64,000 nucleotides of DNA. It comes from Chiloscyllium plagiosum. Lineage: Eukaryota. The stretch is taken from assembly GCF_004010195.1 (NCBI RefSeq), contig NC_057749.1, positions 21,213,838 through 21,277,837 on the forward strand, written 5' to 3'. Of this stretch, positions 1-12,912 are shown one piece after another; the stretch's first letter is position 1; every line of letters begins with the position of its first letter. Under the pieces are notes generated by a model. That model was not told the origin of the DNA. It searched no databases and saw nothing but the letters and a program-made list of their open reading frames with translations. Position numbers and translations under genes: made by a program.

Positions 1-1114
1 GCATGGTATTGGGGCAAAGTACTAACTTGGATTGAAAGTTGGTTGGCTGATAGGAAACAAAGATTAGTGATAAACGGCTCCATTTTGGAATGGCAGGCAG
101 TGACCAGTGGGGTACCGCAGGGATCAGTACTGGGACCGCAGCTTTTTACAATCTATCTTCAGGATATACAAGATGGTATTAGCAATAACATTCGCAAATT
201 TCATCAGCTGGGTGGCAGGGTGAAATGTGAGGATGATGTTAGGAGATTACAGGGTGACCTGGACAGTTTAGGTGAGTGGTCAGATGCATGGCAGATGCAG
301 TTTAATGTGGATAAATGTATGGTTATCCACTTTGGTGGCAAGAACAGGAAGGCAGATTACTACCTAAATGGAATCATTTTAGGTAAAGGGGCAGTACAGA
401 GAAATCTGGGTGTTCTTGTACACCAGTCAATGAAGGTAAGCATGCAGGTACAGCAGGTAGTGAAGAAGGCTAATAGCATGCTGGCCTTCATAACAAGAGG
501 GATTGAGTATAGAAGCAAAGAGGTTCTTCTGCAGCTGTACAGGGCCCTGGTGAGACCTCACCTGGAGTACTGTGTGCAGTTCTGGTCTCCAAATTTGAGG
601 AAAGACATTCTGGCTATTGAGGGAGTGCAGCGTAGGTTCACGAGGTCAATTCCTGGAATGGCGGGACTACCATGCACTGAAAGACTGGAGCGACTGGGCT
701 TGTATACCCTTGGGTTTAGAAGACGGAGAGGGGATCTGATTGAGACATATAAGATTATTAAAGGAGGCAGGAAACATGTTTCCGCTGATGGGTGAGTGCC
801 GAACCGGAGAACACAGCTTAAAAATACGGGGTAGACCATTTAGGACAGAGATGAGGAGAAACCTCTTCACCTAGAGAGTGGTGGCTGTGTGGAATGCTCT
901 GCCCCAGAGGGCAGTGGAGGCCCAGTCTCTGGATTCATTTAAGAAAGAGTTGGATAGAGCTCTCAAGGATAGTTGAATCAAGGGTTATGGAGATAAGGCA
1001 GGAACAGGATACTGATTGAGGATGATCAGCCATGATCATATTGAATGGTGGTGCAGGCTCGAAGGGCAGAATGGCCTACTCCTGTACCTATTGTCTATTA
1101 TCTATTGTCTATTG
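1..1114 (+). mobile_element. CR1-clade LINE, RT C-terminal part and 3' end
   Basis: ORF 43-795 with GVPQGSVLGP and LVRPHLEYCVQFWSP; (CTATTGT)n tail; decayed. Confidence 0.9.
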
Positions 1115-1115
1115 T

Positions 1116-3530
1116 CATTGTTTCTGCAACTAAGGTGCTTTTTGTTGCCTTTTTCATCTTCTTGAGTTTGCAGGCCAATGGACAACACTTATTCTGCTTC
1201 TCCCACCATGGATGAGACAAACTCTGACAGAGTAAAATATCCATCTGGGAGCTTGGCCTGTGAAAGATTGCTCAAAATAACTCGCTCCATATCTCCTGGA
1301 TCACGCAAACCTGAGTGCACACCTCCCTGAATTTAATTTCTTTAACCTTTTATTTGCTCCCAGATCTTTTTTGACTCTGGAATGGTTTGACATGTTCCTC
1401 AATTCCAATCAGCCGTGACTGACCTCCTCTGAGAGCACAACAAATTTAACTGATCAATCCAACTTCTTAACTGCTCTGGTTGTATCTTGGCTTCAGGATC
1501 CTCATTCTCTGAGGTGTGGGCCTTATTTCTCGAGCTGGCTAATTCTAAACGAGATTGTTAATCTAAAGTCATTCACGACTTGTTCTGCTTGATATATAAT
1601 CCTATATACTTAGAGGCCCCTGAAACTTTAAATTCCTTCATTTTATTTATCACAAGTTGCTCAAATTCTGCAGAACCTTCCCCCAAAGCAGTCATGAGTG
1701 TGCATCATAAATATGCCTGCTAGTTTCTTTTTGTGATATTAATGAAACATAACTGGGTCTACTTTTAACTGAATACAGTCCACTTTCAGCAGGGCAACCA
1801 CACTGAGAAATACCACACCTTTGATGCAGCATTTAGTGCATAACCTGACTTTGTTTACTATCCGCATTATACAATGAAATAAAGCAGAAGAACAGGCCCT
1901 TCGGCCCACCAAGCCTGCACCAATTCCTAATCCTTACTTAGACCTGCTAATTATTACCCATGCGAGATGTCGGAATCTGGACCAGATGGGCCAATGGGCT
2001 GAGAAGTGGCAGATGGAGTTTAATTTAGATAAATGTGAGGTGCTGCATTTTGGGAAAGTAAATCTTAGCAGGTCTTATACACTTAATGGTAAGGTCCTGA
2101 GGAGTGTTGCTGAACAAAGAGACCTTGGAGTGCAGGTTCATAGCTCCTTGAAAGTGGAGTCGCAGGTGGATAGGATAGTGAAGAAGGCTTTTGGTATGCT
2201 TTCCTTTATTGGTCAGAGTATGGAGTACAGGAGTTGGGAGGTCATGTTATGGCTGTACAGGACATTGGTTAGGCCACTGCTGGAATATTGCATGCAAATC
2301 TGGTCTCCTTCCTATCGGAAGGATGTTGTGAAACTTGAAAGGGTTCAGAAAAGATTTACAAGGATGATGCCAGGGTTGGAGGATTTGAGCTGTAGGGAGA
2401 GGCTGAACAGGCTGGGGCTGTTTTCCCTGGAGCGTCAGAGGCTGAGGGGTGACCTTATAGAGGTTTACAAAATCATGAGGGGCCTGGATAGGGTAAATAG
2501 GCAAAGTCTTTTCCCTGAGGTCGGGGAGTCCAGAACGAGAGGGCATAGGTTTAGGGTGAGAGGGGAAAGATATAAAAGAGACCTAAGGGGCAACGTTTTC
2601 ACGCAGAGGGTGGTACATGTATGGAATGAGCTGCCAGAGGGTGTGGTGGAGGCTGGTACAATTACAACATTTAAGAGTCATTTGGATAGGTATATGAATA
2701 GGATGGGTTTGGAGGGTTATGGGTCGGGTGCTGGCAGGTGGGACGAGATTGGGTTGGGATATCTGGTCGGCATGGATGGGTTGGACCGAAGGGTCTGTTT
2801 CCGTGCTGTACATCTCTATGACTCTGTGACTCTGTTGCTTCATGTTCATGTGTCTTATCAAAATACGCCTTAAAACATTGCTAACATGTTCCAACACCCA
2901 AGTGTATCAATCCGATGAAATTTGACAGTCCACATGGACGAATAACATAACATAATGTGTTAAATTCCATTATGTATTCCTCTACAGAAAACCCATCCTG
3001 ATTTCTACACTTACTGAAGCCTGACCGTGCCTCATACAAATCATTTTTCTTATAAATTTTGTCTGTAAAATTTATCAGCATTTTCAAATCTTTCTCATGT
3101 TCTCAATTGCTGAGCCTCTAGTTCCAATAACACTTGACTCTGATCTTACTTCTCATAGGAAATAGCAGTGCCAAGGTCACCCCTCACTGTCTTCTTGGTA
3201 AAGTTGTTACCCATATCCACACATCAACCGCTCTTATCCATTCACTGCGTGATGTTCAGCTTCATGAAATACTGGCGGGAAATCATAAACTAACACTTTG
3301 CACTCAAATTCAGCCATTCCTCTGCACAGTAACTCCAGTTACAATCTTCTGTGTAAAAGAAATCTCAGTTCCCTCCCTCCATCTTCAGGCAAACATTTGC
3401 TGCTACCACTATTAACAGATTCCAAGCTGGTCAGTGAGTTTGAAATCAAACCACATGCATCTTTATGTAGAGAGTTTATCGACTTGCTCAGTCTTAGCTC
3501 CCTCACATTGTACCCAGTGTCACAGGTGCG
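1116..3530 (-). mobile_element. Decayed Ty1/Copia-like LTR retrotransposon (gag ~2835-3250, RT/RNase H ~1116-1870), interrupted by a CR1
   Basis: Minus-strand translations: CPLACKLKKMKKATKSTLVAE (RNase H), LLKVDCIQLKVDPVMF..LAGIFMMHTHD (RT, ~MHVDD), DKIYKKNDLYEA..SVEEYIMEFNTL (gag). PBS-like TGGTAGCAG near 3400-3408. Confidence 0.7.
1970..2834 (+). mobile_element. 5'-truncated CR1-clade LINE
   Basis: ORF 1986-2873 (WQMEFNLDKCEVLHFG...FTQRVVHVWNELP); CTATGACT-type tail. Confidence 0.9.
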
Positions 3531-3914
3531 CACCATATAGATATTTACTAATCAACCTGTTACACACCTCTGGAGCAGATGGGATTTGAATCCAAGCCTT
3601 CTGACACAGAGATAGGGACATACTACTGCTTCACATGAGCTAGCCGATATATAATTCATTTTCATATCAGAGGGCTCTTATGTACAACTGAACATTTTTA
3701 TTCTGCATCACCAAATTACCTGTGGTTTTTTTCTTATCTGTTAACCACCAATTGTACGAGTTTTCTGAATGATTAATTTATATGCACCGTCCACTAAGAA
3801 CAATGCAGACCGTCAAAGGTGAGGGGGAGATCGGGAGAGGGAAAGGGAGCAAAATCATAATGGAGTTGGAAGGGGAGATACAGGACTCTGACCTCCTGTG
3901 CCATGTTCAGATAA

Positions 3915-4230
3915 TTCACCAAAGATCCTCAGACAGCATCTATCAAACCCACAACCACTTCCATCTCGAATGTACAGGGGCAGCAGATACACGGGAGCAT
4001 CGCCACTTTCCAGTTCCCCTCCAAGCTACTCACCATCGGACCTTGGAAATATATCGGCGTTCTTTCACTGTCGCTGGGTCAAAATTCCTGGAATTCCCTC
4101 CCGAATGGCTTTGTGGGTCTACCCACAGCAGGTGGACTGCAGCGGTTCAAGATGGCAGGTCACCCTCACCTTCTCAAGGGGTGACTAGGGATGGGCAATA
4201 AATGGCCACATCCCATGAATGACTAAAGCA
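3915..4230 (+). mobile_element. 3' end of a second CR1-like LINE family (GGGATGGGCAATAAATG tail)
   Basis: The same sequence recurs at ~19405-19730 (-), ~28510-29165 (+) and ~51715-51970 (-); its RT part is at ~25380-26300. Confidence 0.7.
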
Positions 4231-4831
4231 AAATTAATAGCCAGCACACGGTCCTTCGTAATCTTACATAAAGGCATTAAGAAAGTTTTCAATTCATTTT
4301 ACAATAAAGTGGGACTGAAGGACCCCAGACTGTCTTGGAAGGATGTGGGGCTATGGAGGTGATTAAGGTAGGGAGAGGTGTGGGAAGGGATGGATTTCTA
4401 AAACAAGGATGAGAATTTTAAAATGAACTGTTGCTGGACCAGACACCATTGCAGGTCAGTGAGCACAGGAGTGGCTGGGACCTGGTGTGAGAAGGGACAA
4501 CAGAGCTTTGACAGTGTTTAATGATCTTTTACTCCTTAATCACTCATGGGATGAGGGTGCCATTGGTAAGACTGGCATTTATTGCCCATCGCTAATTGCC
4601 CAGAGAACTTGAGAGTCAACCCCATTGCTGTGGGTCCGGAGTCACATGTAGGGCAGGCCAGGTAAGAATGGCAGATCTCCTTCTGTAAAGGAAGGTCATA
4701 GTGGATCAGATGGATTTTTCCAACAATGGATTCATGGTTATCAGTGGATTCTTAATTCCAGAATTTTAAAAATTGAATTCCAATTCTGCCATGGCAGGAT
4801 TTGAACACAGGTTCCCCAGAACATTAGCTTA

Positions 4832-5165
4832 TAGAATCCCTTCAGTATGGAAACAGGCCCTTCGGCCCAATAAGTCCACACCGACTGTTCGAAGAGTGAC
4901 CCACCCAGACCCATTCCCCTATATTTTCCCCTGACTAATGCACATAACCTACACATCCCTGAACACTATGGGTAATTTAGCATGGCCAATTCACCCTGAC
5001 CTGCACATCTTTAGATTGTGGGAGGAAACCGGAGCACCCGGAGGAAACCCACGCAGACACGGGGAGAATGTACAAACTCCACACAGACAGTTGGCCGAGG
5101 GTGGAATTGAACCTGGGTCCCTGGCGCTATGCAGCAGCAGTGCTGACCACTGAGTCACCATGTCG
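4832..5165 (-). mobile_element. HE1-type tRNA-derived V-SINE, nested in another SINE (~4535-5335)
   Basis: A box GTGACTCAGTGG, B box GGTTCAATTCC, V-domain TGTGTGGAGTTTG...GGGTTTCCTCCGGGTGCTCCGGTTTCCTCCCAC, LINE-shared tail. Confidence 0.85.
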
Positions 5166-5946
5166 CGCATCAGGGGAAAGTGAGGACCGTAGATCAGAGT
5201 TGAGAGTGTGGGGCTGTAAAAGCACAGCAGGTCAGGCAGCATCTGAGGAGCAGGAGATTCGATGTTTCGGGCATAAGCCCCGGAACATGAGCCAAGTTTC
5301 CTGGATTAATAGTCTAGCGATACCAGGCTATCGCCTCCCTGTGGTGAAAGGTCCGAGGCTGGGTGAGAGAGAGAGAGAGAGAGAGAGCACGAGCATTGCA
5401 ATCTGTCTGTCACCAGGTATGCTGAGTGCTTTCCAAATGACAATACTAGAAGTTTCAAACACAGATAGCTAATGAGGAATCGTTCATCAAGTATCACAAA
5501 GATAGCTAATTCTGTCAGCCTTACCATCCATTGGTATTAAATAAGGAATTTCACAAGAAGCGACTCTGGTTTCTATAATAGAGAGATAACAGTTGTCTTT
5601 CCAGACATTTGACAAACAACCATGATCATTCAAATAAGAATAACTCGCAAGAGGAAGGGTGAAAAATTAAACTGCAGCTAAGAATAGACATTTGTAAGCA
5701 CTTTGGGATTTATTGTTCCAGCTGCAGGCATGTATTCTAATGACAAGATCCAAATATTGAGGTCAAGTGGCCAAATGTCAGGAATGTTTCGTCTCACCAA
5801 GAATTAGCAAATGCAGTATTTTAATTTCTGAACTGTGACTCGTGTTTCTCATCTGCTATCCAATCTAAACTCAAGCAACATAAGCTTCAGCTTTGGCGTG
5901 GCTGTATCACTGCCTAGACCAGAGACTGCAGGTCTGTCTGCTTTTA

Positions 5947-6285
5947 GTATGGAATGAGCTGCCAGAGGATGTGGTGGAGGCTGGTACAATTGCAACATTG
6001 AAAGAGGCATTTGGATGGGTATATGAATAGGAAGGGTTTGGAGGGATATGGGCCGGGTGCTGGCAGGTGGGAGTAGATTGGGTTGGGATATCTGGTCGGC
6101 ATGGACGGGTTGGACTGAAGGGTCTGTTTCCATGCTGTACATCTCTGTGACTCTTTGACCCTAACCACCTGATGAAGGAGCTGCGCTCCGAAAGTTCGTG
6201 CTTCCAATTAAACCTGTTGGACTATAACCTGATGTATGATTTTTAACTTTGTACACCCCAGTCAAACACCGGCATCTCCACATCA
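5947..6285 (+). mobile_element. CR1 3' end followed directly by a Penelope-like 3' end with a hammerhead core (6169-6197)
   Basis: CR1 tail to ~6155, then CTGATGAAGGAGCTGCGCTCCGAAAG...CAACACCGGCATCTCC-like end, as at 48588 and 59530. Confidence 0.75.
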
Positions 6286-6749
6286 TGCTTTTAATTCGTC
6301 TGTGCTGAATGGTCTACCACATTTCCCTAACAAACGTTGATAACTTTCTCTATATTATATTTACACTATTTAAGCTTTCTGCACAGTCAAAACACAAGAT
6401 CCTTGGATTGAGAAATGAGGCAAAATAGTTAAAAGCTACACAAATGAAAGCAAATTACTGGAGAATGCCGGGAATTGGAAATAGAAGCAGAATGTGGTGG
6501 CGAAACTCAGCAGGTCTGGCGATATCAGTGGTGAGAGAATCAGAGTCAACGTTTCAGCTTCTGTTCTGAAGAAACATCAAACTGGACTCAAAACGTTAAC
6601 TCGGTTTCTTTTTGGACAGGGGCTGTCAGATTGGCTGAGTTTCTCCAGCACGTATTGTTGGAATTAAGAGCAGCTTTCTGGCTGTGTAACTGTCAAAATG
6701 TTCGGTCTGACTGAACATCGACACTGCGTGAGCTTCATCACAATTTACT

Positions 6750-8207
6750 TATAGAGTCATAGAGTCATAGAGATGTACGTTGCCCCTTAGGTCTCTTTTA
6801 TATCTTTCCCCTCTCATCTTAAACCTATGCCGTCTAGTTCTGGAATCCCTGACCCCAGGGAAAATCTTTGCCTATTTATCCTATCCACGCCCCTCATGAT
6901 TTTATAAAACCCTATAACATCACACCTCAACCTCCGATGCTCCAGGGAAAACAGCCCCAGCCTGTTCAGCCTCTCCCTATAGCTCAAATCCTCCAACCCT
7001 GGCAACATCCTTGTAAATCTTTTCTGAACCCTTTCAAGTTTCACAACATCCTTCCGATAGGAAGGAGACCAGAATTGCACACAATATTCCAATAGTAGTT
7101 TAACCAATGTCCTGTACAGCTGCAACATGATCTCCCAACTCCTTTACTCAATATTCTGACCAACAAAGGAAAGCATACCAAACGCCACCTTCACTATCCT
7201 ATCTACCTGCGACTCTACTTTCAAGGAGCTATGAACCTGCACTCCAAGGTCTCTTTGTTCAGCAACACTCCCTAGGACCTTACCATTAAGTGTATAAGTC
7301 CTGCTAAGATTTGCTTTCCCAAAATGCAGCACCTCACATTTATCTGAATTAAACGCCATCTGCGACTCCTCAGCCCATTGGTCCATCTGATCAAGATCCC
7401 TTTATAATCTGAGGTAACCTCCTTCCCTGTCCACTACACCTCCAATTTTGCTGTCATCTGCAAACTTACTGACTGTACCTCTTATGCTCGCATCCAAATC
7501 ATTTATATAAATGATGAAAAGTAGTGGACCCAGCACCAATCCTTGTGGCACACCACTGGTCACAGGCCTCCAGACTGAAAAACAACCCTCCACCACCACC
7601 CTCTGTCTTCTAACTTTGAGCAGTTCTGTATCCAAGTGGCTAGTTCTCCCTGTATTCCATGAGATCTAACCTTGCTAATCAGTCTCCCATGGGGAACCTT
7701 GTCGAACGCCTTACTGAAGCCCATATAGATCACATTTACTGCTCTGCCCTCATCAGTACTGTTTGTTACCTCTTCAAAAAACTCAATCAAGTTTGTGAGA
7801 CATGATTTCCCACACACAAAGCCATGTTGACTATCCCTAATCCGTCCTTGCCTTTCCAAATACATGTACATCCTGTCCCTCAGGATTCCCTCCAACAACT
7901 TGCCCACCACCGATGTCAAGCTCACTGGTCTATAGTTCCCTGGCTTGTCTTTACCGCCTTTCTTAAACAGTGGTACCACGATTGCCAACCTCCAGTCTTC
8001 CAGCACCTCACCTGTGACTATCGATGATACAAATATCTCAGCAAGAGGCCTAGCAATCACTTCTCTGGCTTCCCACGGAGTTCTAGGGTACACTTGATCA
8101 GGTCCTGGGGATTTATCCACCTTTATGCGTTTCAAGACATCCAGCACTTCCTCCTCTGTAATAAGGAAATTTTTCACGATATCACCATCTATTTCCCTAC
8201 GGTCTAT
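6750..8207 (-). mobile_element. CR1-clade LINE (RT), internally deleted
   Basis: Minus ORFs 7560-8177 (KSPGPD, NYRPVSLTS, QHGF, DFSKAFDKV-like), 7402-7635 (FADD) and 6814-7128; tail ATAGAGTC repeats at 6750. Confidence 0.92.
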
Positions 8208-8709
8208 GCCTCTGAGGCTTGGATGAATTATTCCGAGAATCTGAGTTCACATCTGACTGTGGGCAATCTCTGAGTTTTAATTCAGTTTAAAAAAAGATTG
8301 AAAATAGATCTGGAAATTAAAAAAAAGTCAGTGCCAATTAATCATCATAAAACTGTTGCATTCCTGTAAAAATCCAAATGGTTTTAGGAAGGAAATCCAT
8401 TGGTCTTAATACCCAGCACTATATTTGACTCTAGTCCCACAGCATTGTAGTGGAGACTTAACAACCCTCTGAGATAGTGTAGAAAGCCCCTCATTTGTAT
8501 AAGTGGCTGGGTATGATAAGCATAAAGCTGAAAGGGCTCTTCTGGTGCAGTGGTAGTGCCCCTACCTCTGAACTAAGAGCTCCAGGTTCACGTCCCACCT
8601 ACACCAGCGGTGCACATCTTGATTAAAGATATCTAAGCCTGAATACATCATGCATCGATTATCTAAGCATAATGAAGGCATTCCCCAGCCCCGTTAACCC
8701 TGAAGTCCG

Positions 8710-9025
8710 AGACCTTTCCCCAGTGCAGGATTGGCTGGCATGAGGGGTTATAGTTTGAAGATATTAGGAGGAAGGTATAGAGGGGACGTCAGAGGTAGAT
8801 TCTTTACACAGAGAGCTGTGAATGCATGGAATGCGTTGCCAGCGGTGGTGGTGGTGGAAGCAGAGTCATTAGCGATATTTAAGCGACTGCTGGACATGCA
8901 CATGGACAGCAGTGAGTTGAGGGGTGCATAGGTTAAGTTATTTTATTTTAGATTAGGAATAATCCTCTGCACAACATCGTGGGCCCAAGGGCCTGTTCTG
9001 TGCTGTACTTTTCTATGTTCTATTT
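8710..9025 (+). mobile_element. CR1 LINE 3' fragment
   Basis: RGRFFTQRAVNAWNALP; TTCTATGT tail. Confidence 0.8.
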
Positions 9026-9739
9026 ACCATGTGCCAACACCAGGGGGAGCTCCCTCTAGTGGCGACTCTCAGAGTACCAGCCAAGCCATGGCAGGTCAGA
9101 ACGATGAGGAGCTGATATAGAGCTGGGCAGGTTCGGAAGCAGTGGCCCCTGGAAAGCTTCCACATTTCCTCATCCTTGTGGAGACCAACTTCTGTCATCA
9201 CATCGAAGACACCCTCCATTGTGTCGTGTGGCACTACCACCATGCTAAACGATACAGATTCGGAATAGACCTGGCAGATCAAAATTGGGTCTCCACCGGA
9301 GGTGAATAGTTTAAGCAGCGGGTGAATTGTATCCGAGTCCCATCTGTAACCTGCTGGCCTTGGGTATTCCCATCCCTGTATCACCATCAGAATAGAAAAC
9401 CTCTCTGCTTTAGTCGGCCATACATATCTGATGATGAGGGCCCATCCTGGTGAAGTGACAGTGGAGGATTATGTGCATTCTAAACAGTGAAGCGGCATGA
9501 TGCACCTAGAGCTAAACAATCCCACAGCCAATAGACCCAATCGAAACGCTGCAGGCCCATCCCATCACGAGGAGGAACCTCGATACACCCCCCCCATCCC
9601 CAGAGATGGCAGAGTCCAGGTTATGATAGTGAAAGATATGCTCAAAGGATTTGAAAGCCTCTTAGCTCCGAGTGTAGAGTATACGACCCTTCGCTTGCAG
9701 CCTCTGGGTCCCAGCCTTCAGCCGATTTGATGTGCTCCA

Positions 9740-10365
9740 TTGGATTGTCAAGGAGTGGCCTGGAGTGTAAAGTGATGAAGGGTTACAGGGAGAAGGCAGG
9801 AGATCTGCATTGAGAAATACATCAGCCATGATTGAATGGTGGAACAGACTCGATGGGGTCACCCTGCTGTAGGAAGGATGTTATTAAAATAAGGAATGTT
9901 CAGAAAGGATTTACCAGGATGTTGCCGGGAATGGAGGGTTTGAGTTATAAGGTGAGGCTGGATAGGCTGGGACTGTTTTCACGAGAGGGTAGGAGGTTGC
10001 AGGGTGACCTTATAGAGGTTTATAAAATCATGAGGGACATGGGTAGGGCGAATGGCCTGGGGTGGGAGAGTTCAAAATTGGAGGGCTTAGGTTTAAGGTG
10101 AGAGGAGAAAGATTTGAAAAGGACAAGAGGGGCAACTTTTTTTACACAGAGATTGGTTCCTGTGTGGATATGAACTTCCAGAGGAAGTGGTGGATGTGGA
10201 CACAGTTACAACGTTTAAAAGACATTTGGATGAGTAGAGTACATGAATAGGAAATGTTTAGAGGGAATGGGCCAAGTGCAGGAGGGTGGGACTAGTTTAG
10301 TTTAGGAAAATGGTTGGCGTGGACTAGTTGGACTGAAGGGTCTGTTTCTCTGCTCTGTGCCTATT
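9740..10365 (+). mobile_element. CR1 LINE 3' fragments
   Basis: ORF 9832-10101 (FTRMLPGMEGLSY..LGLFS..GDLIEVYKIM). Confidence 0.8.
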
Positions 10366-11009
10366 TCTGCTCCTATATCTTCTGATATTATAGATAGACA
10401 AAGTCCTAACTACACTCCAGCGGTTGCAATGAAGACTTGTGCTCCAGCACTATCTGCACGTCCCAATGTAAACTATTTAAGAACAGCTGCAATACTGGCA
10501 TCTACCCAATAATTGGGGAAATTTGCCAGGTATGTTTTGTGCACTGAGGCCAAATAAATCCAACTTAATCAATTCACATCCAGTAAGCCTACTCTCATTG
10601 TCAGCACAGTGATGACAGGAGTGTGCTACATTGCTATCAATGCACTTTCCTACCATCTGGACCGATCCGGCTGAAATTCTAAAGGAAGCAGATTCAATCG
10701 TAACTTTCAAAAGGAAAGTAGATGCTTGCTTTAAGGGAAAAGGCTGTGGGGAGAGCACAGGATTGGGACTAATTCATTGGTCTTTCCAATGAGTTAGCAC
10801 AGTGATGATTGGCTGAATGGCTGTGCTGTTCCGTGATTCTGTAAGCTATTGACTGATGCTCAGTTTGCATTTAGTTTAAAGCACTCAGCTGCTTTAGTCC
10901 AAACGTGGATTTGAGCCGAATTGCAAAAGTGAGGCGTGAAGGAGCTACCCCTGGACTTCAAAGTAGGATTTGACATAGAGTGCAGTGCCCCAGAGAGAGC
11001 CCTGGCAAA

Positions 11010-11542
11010 GTAACCTCAGGGCATGTTTCGCTGAGCATCTCAGCTGGCCTTGCAGATCTGAACCGGATCTCTCAGTCACCACCCATTTTAATTCTCCTTC
11101 CCACTCCCTTTCCAACATGACCATCATTGGCTTCCTCCATTACCACAGCAAATCGGACCACAAATTGGAGGAACAACACCTTAACTACCCCCTGGGCAGC
11201 TTACAGGCCGGAGGAGTCTACATTGAGTTCTCCGATTTCAAATAACCTCCCTTCCTATCCCCTGACTCCCTTCCAAGCCCCTCCCACTCCCTTCCATTCC
11301 TCTGATCAACCCTTCCTTCCAGCTTCCAATTGGATTCATCCCTCCCATTGACCAACCAGGCCGTGCCCTCTACCTGTGTTCACCTATCCCTACCTCACCA
11401 CTTCGACCACCTCCCTGTTTTATCTGCAACTCCCCCCACACTCACCCCCAGTCCTGAAGAAGGGTTACACCTGAAACGATGACTTCTCCACCTCCTGAAG
11501 CTGCCTGGCTTGCTGTGTTCTCCCAGCCTCCTGCTCGTCTCC
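11010..11542 (+). mobile_element. Penelope-like element 3' end (GIY-YIG C-terminus, C-rich UTR, hammerhead-like core at 11454-11480)
   Basis: ORF 10985-11245 FAEHL..DLSVTTHFNSPSHS..KLEEQHL..LGSLQAGGVYIEF resembles the PLE GIY-YIG tail; AGTC-CTGAAGA-AGGGTTACACCT-GAAA-CGAT-GACT. Confidence 0.8.
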
Positions 11543-12912
11543 TGACAGGCAAAGTTGCAGTCAGTTTGGGTTTGAGGAAACCTCTCCACACCCAATCAGA
11601 TCATTCTGCCATCATCCTAAACCAACCAGTTTTTAAAATAAATCTTTCCATTCGTTTGGCCATTTTCACAACCACCTTGAAGAGCTTTAGTGTCCTGATG
11701 AATTCCTTGCTGTCATGAATAAAACACAGCGGCCAATTCAGACACAAGCAGCGAGGCAAGAACCGACTGGCTATCTGTCTTTGTGGTGTTGGTTGAGAGA
11801 TAAATATTGGCCAGGAATTATTGCAGCGCTGCTCGGGGTGGTGTCGGAGAATCGTTGGGTCGGGGAGATGGTTGGGGGGGGTTGGCAGGATGTGGGCTAC
11901 GCTGAGATTTGTGCCATAATTAAACAGGAACTCCTGGTGTGGCCCACCTTGAGCTCAGTGCCATCTCGCTGCATCTTTCATGTTTGTGGAGGTGTTTCTC
12001 ACTGGGCAGCTGCCAGGTCATGGGGGGTACTGTGTGTTAAATGCCGTGTTAATGACCCGACTCAACTCGTTAATATTTAGCTTCCTTCTCCGGGGCTAGA
12101 CATGGAGAATTCTCGGTGTGGAAACTGGAGCAGGCTGCTGTTGTATTCAGCTCACTGCTTGTACGCCATATTGGATACAGGGCACCAGTATCTCAGAGCA
12201 CCCTCCATAGGCACCAGCCACACACACCTCACATCCATGGACGCTGGCACCTGACTGTGACAGCCTTTAAGAGACTTCAGTGCACTGTTCCAATCCAGTT
12301 ACAGTCCGGCGTCTGCACTTCAGTGCTACCCCTCAGGCTGTACTGGACACTCCCATTGTGATGGAGAATGCGTGCTCAGGAGCACACATCCAGCTCAGGG
12401 ACTGCAGCCCTCGTGCCGTTTGCTTGATCTCACTCACACTGAGCCTACCTGGATGCCAGCAGCGTCCCTGACTTGCATTGTCACTGCAGCAGACCTGTGT
12501 CAGACCCAGGTTTGACCCACTCAGTGCTGAACAAATTCATGTCACACTAGGTACCGTGTCCAGTAAAGGAAGAATCTAACCCCACCCCTCCTTAACCTCG
12601 TTAACCGTCCCTCAGAGGCCATGAATTTTTATTTAAAAAGAGAACTGATTTTTCCCAGTGTCACAAAGGAATAATCACACCAGATTTCACAGTCTTTTCC
12701 TGTAACAAACAAACCAAATGCAACATTGACTAAACATTACTTAGTAAGCATCCAACACACTAAAGTACAGAAAGGTACCAGGATCCATGGATGTGGGGTG
12801 TGTGTGGCCTACTCTGAGAGTATCCTCAGCTACCTAATCCTGTATTAGTCAGTGTTATGGTGACAATAATGTTCCTGGTTTAGAATTTCATCCCTTTTTC
12901 TTCCTTCTTCAG

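Noticed and set aside
43..2873. 250-aa and 295-aa ORFs as host genes or active RTs
   Set aside because: Truncated CR1 RT fragments lacking an intact catalytic core and 5' domains.
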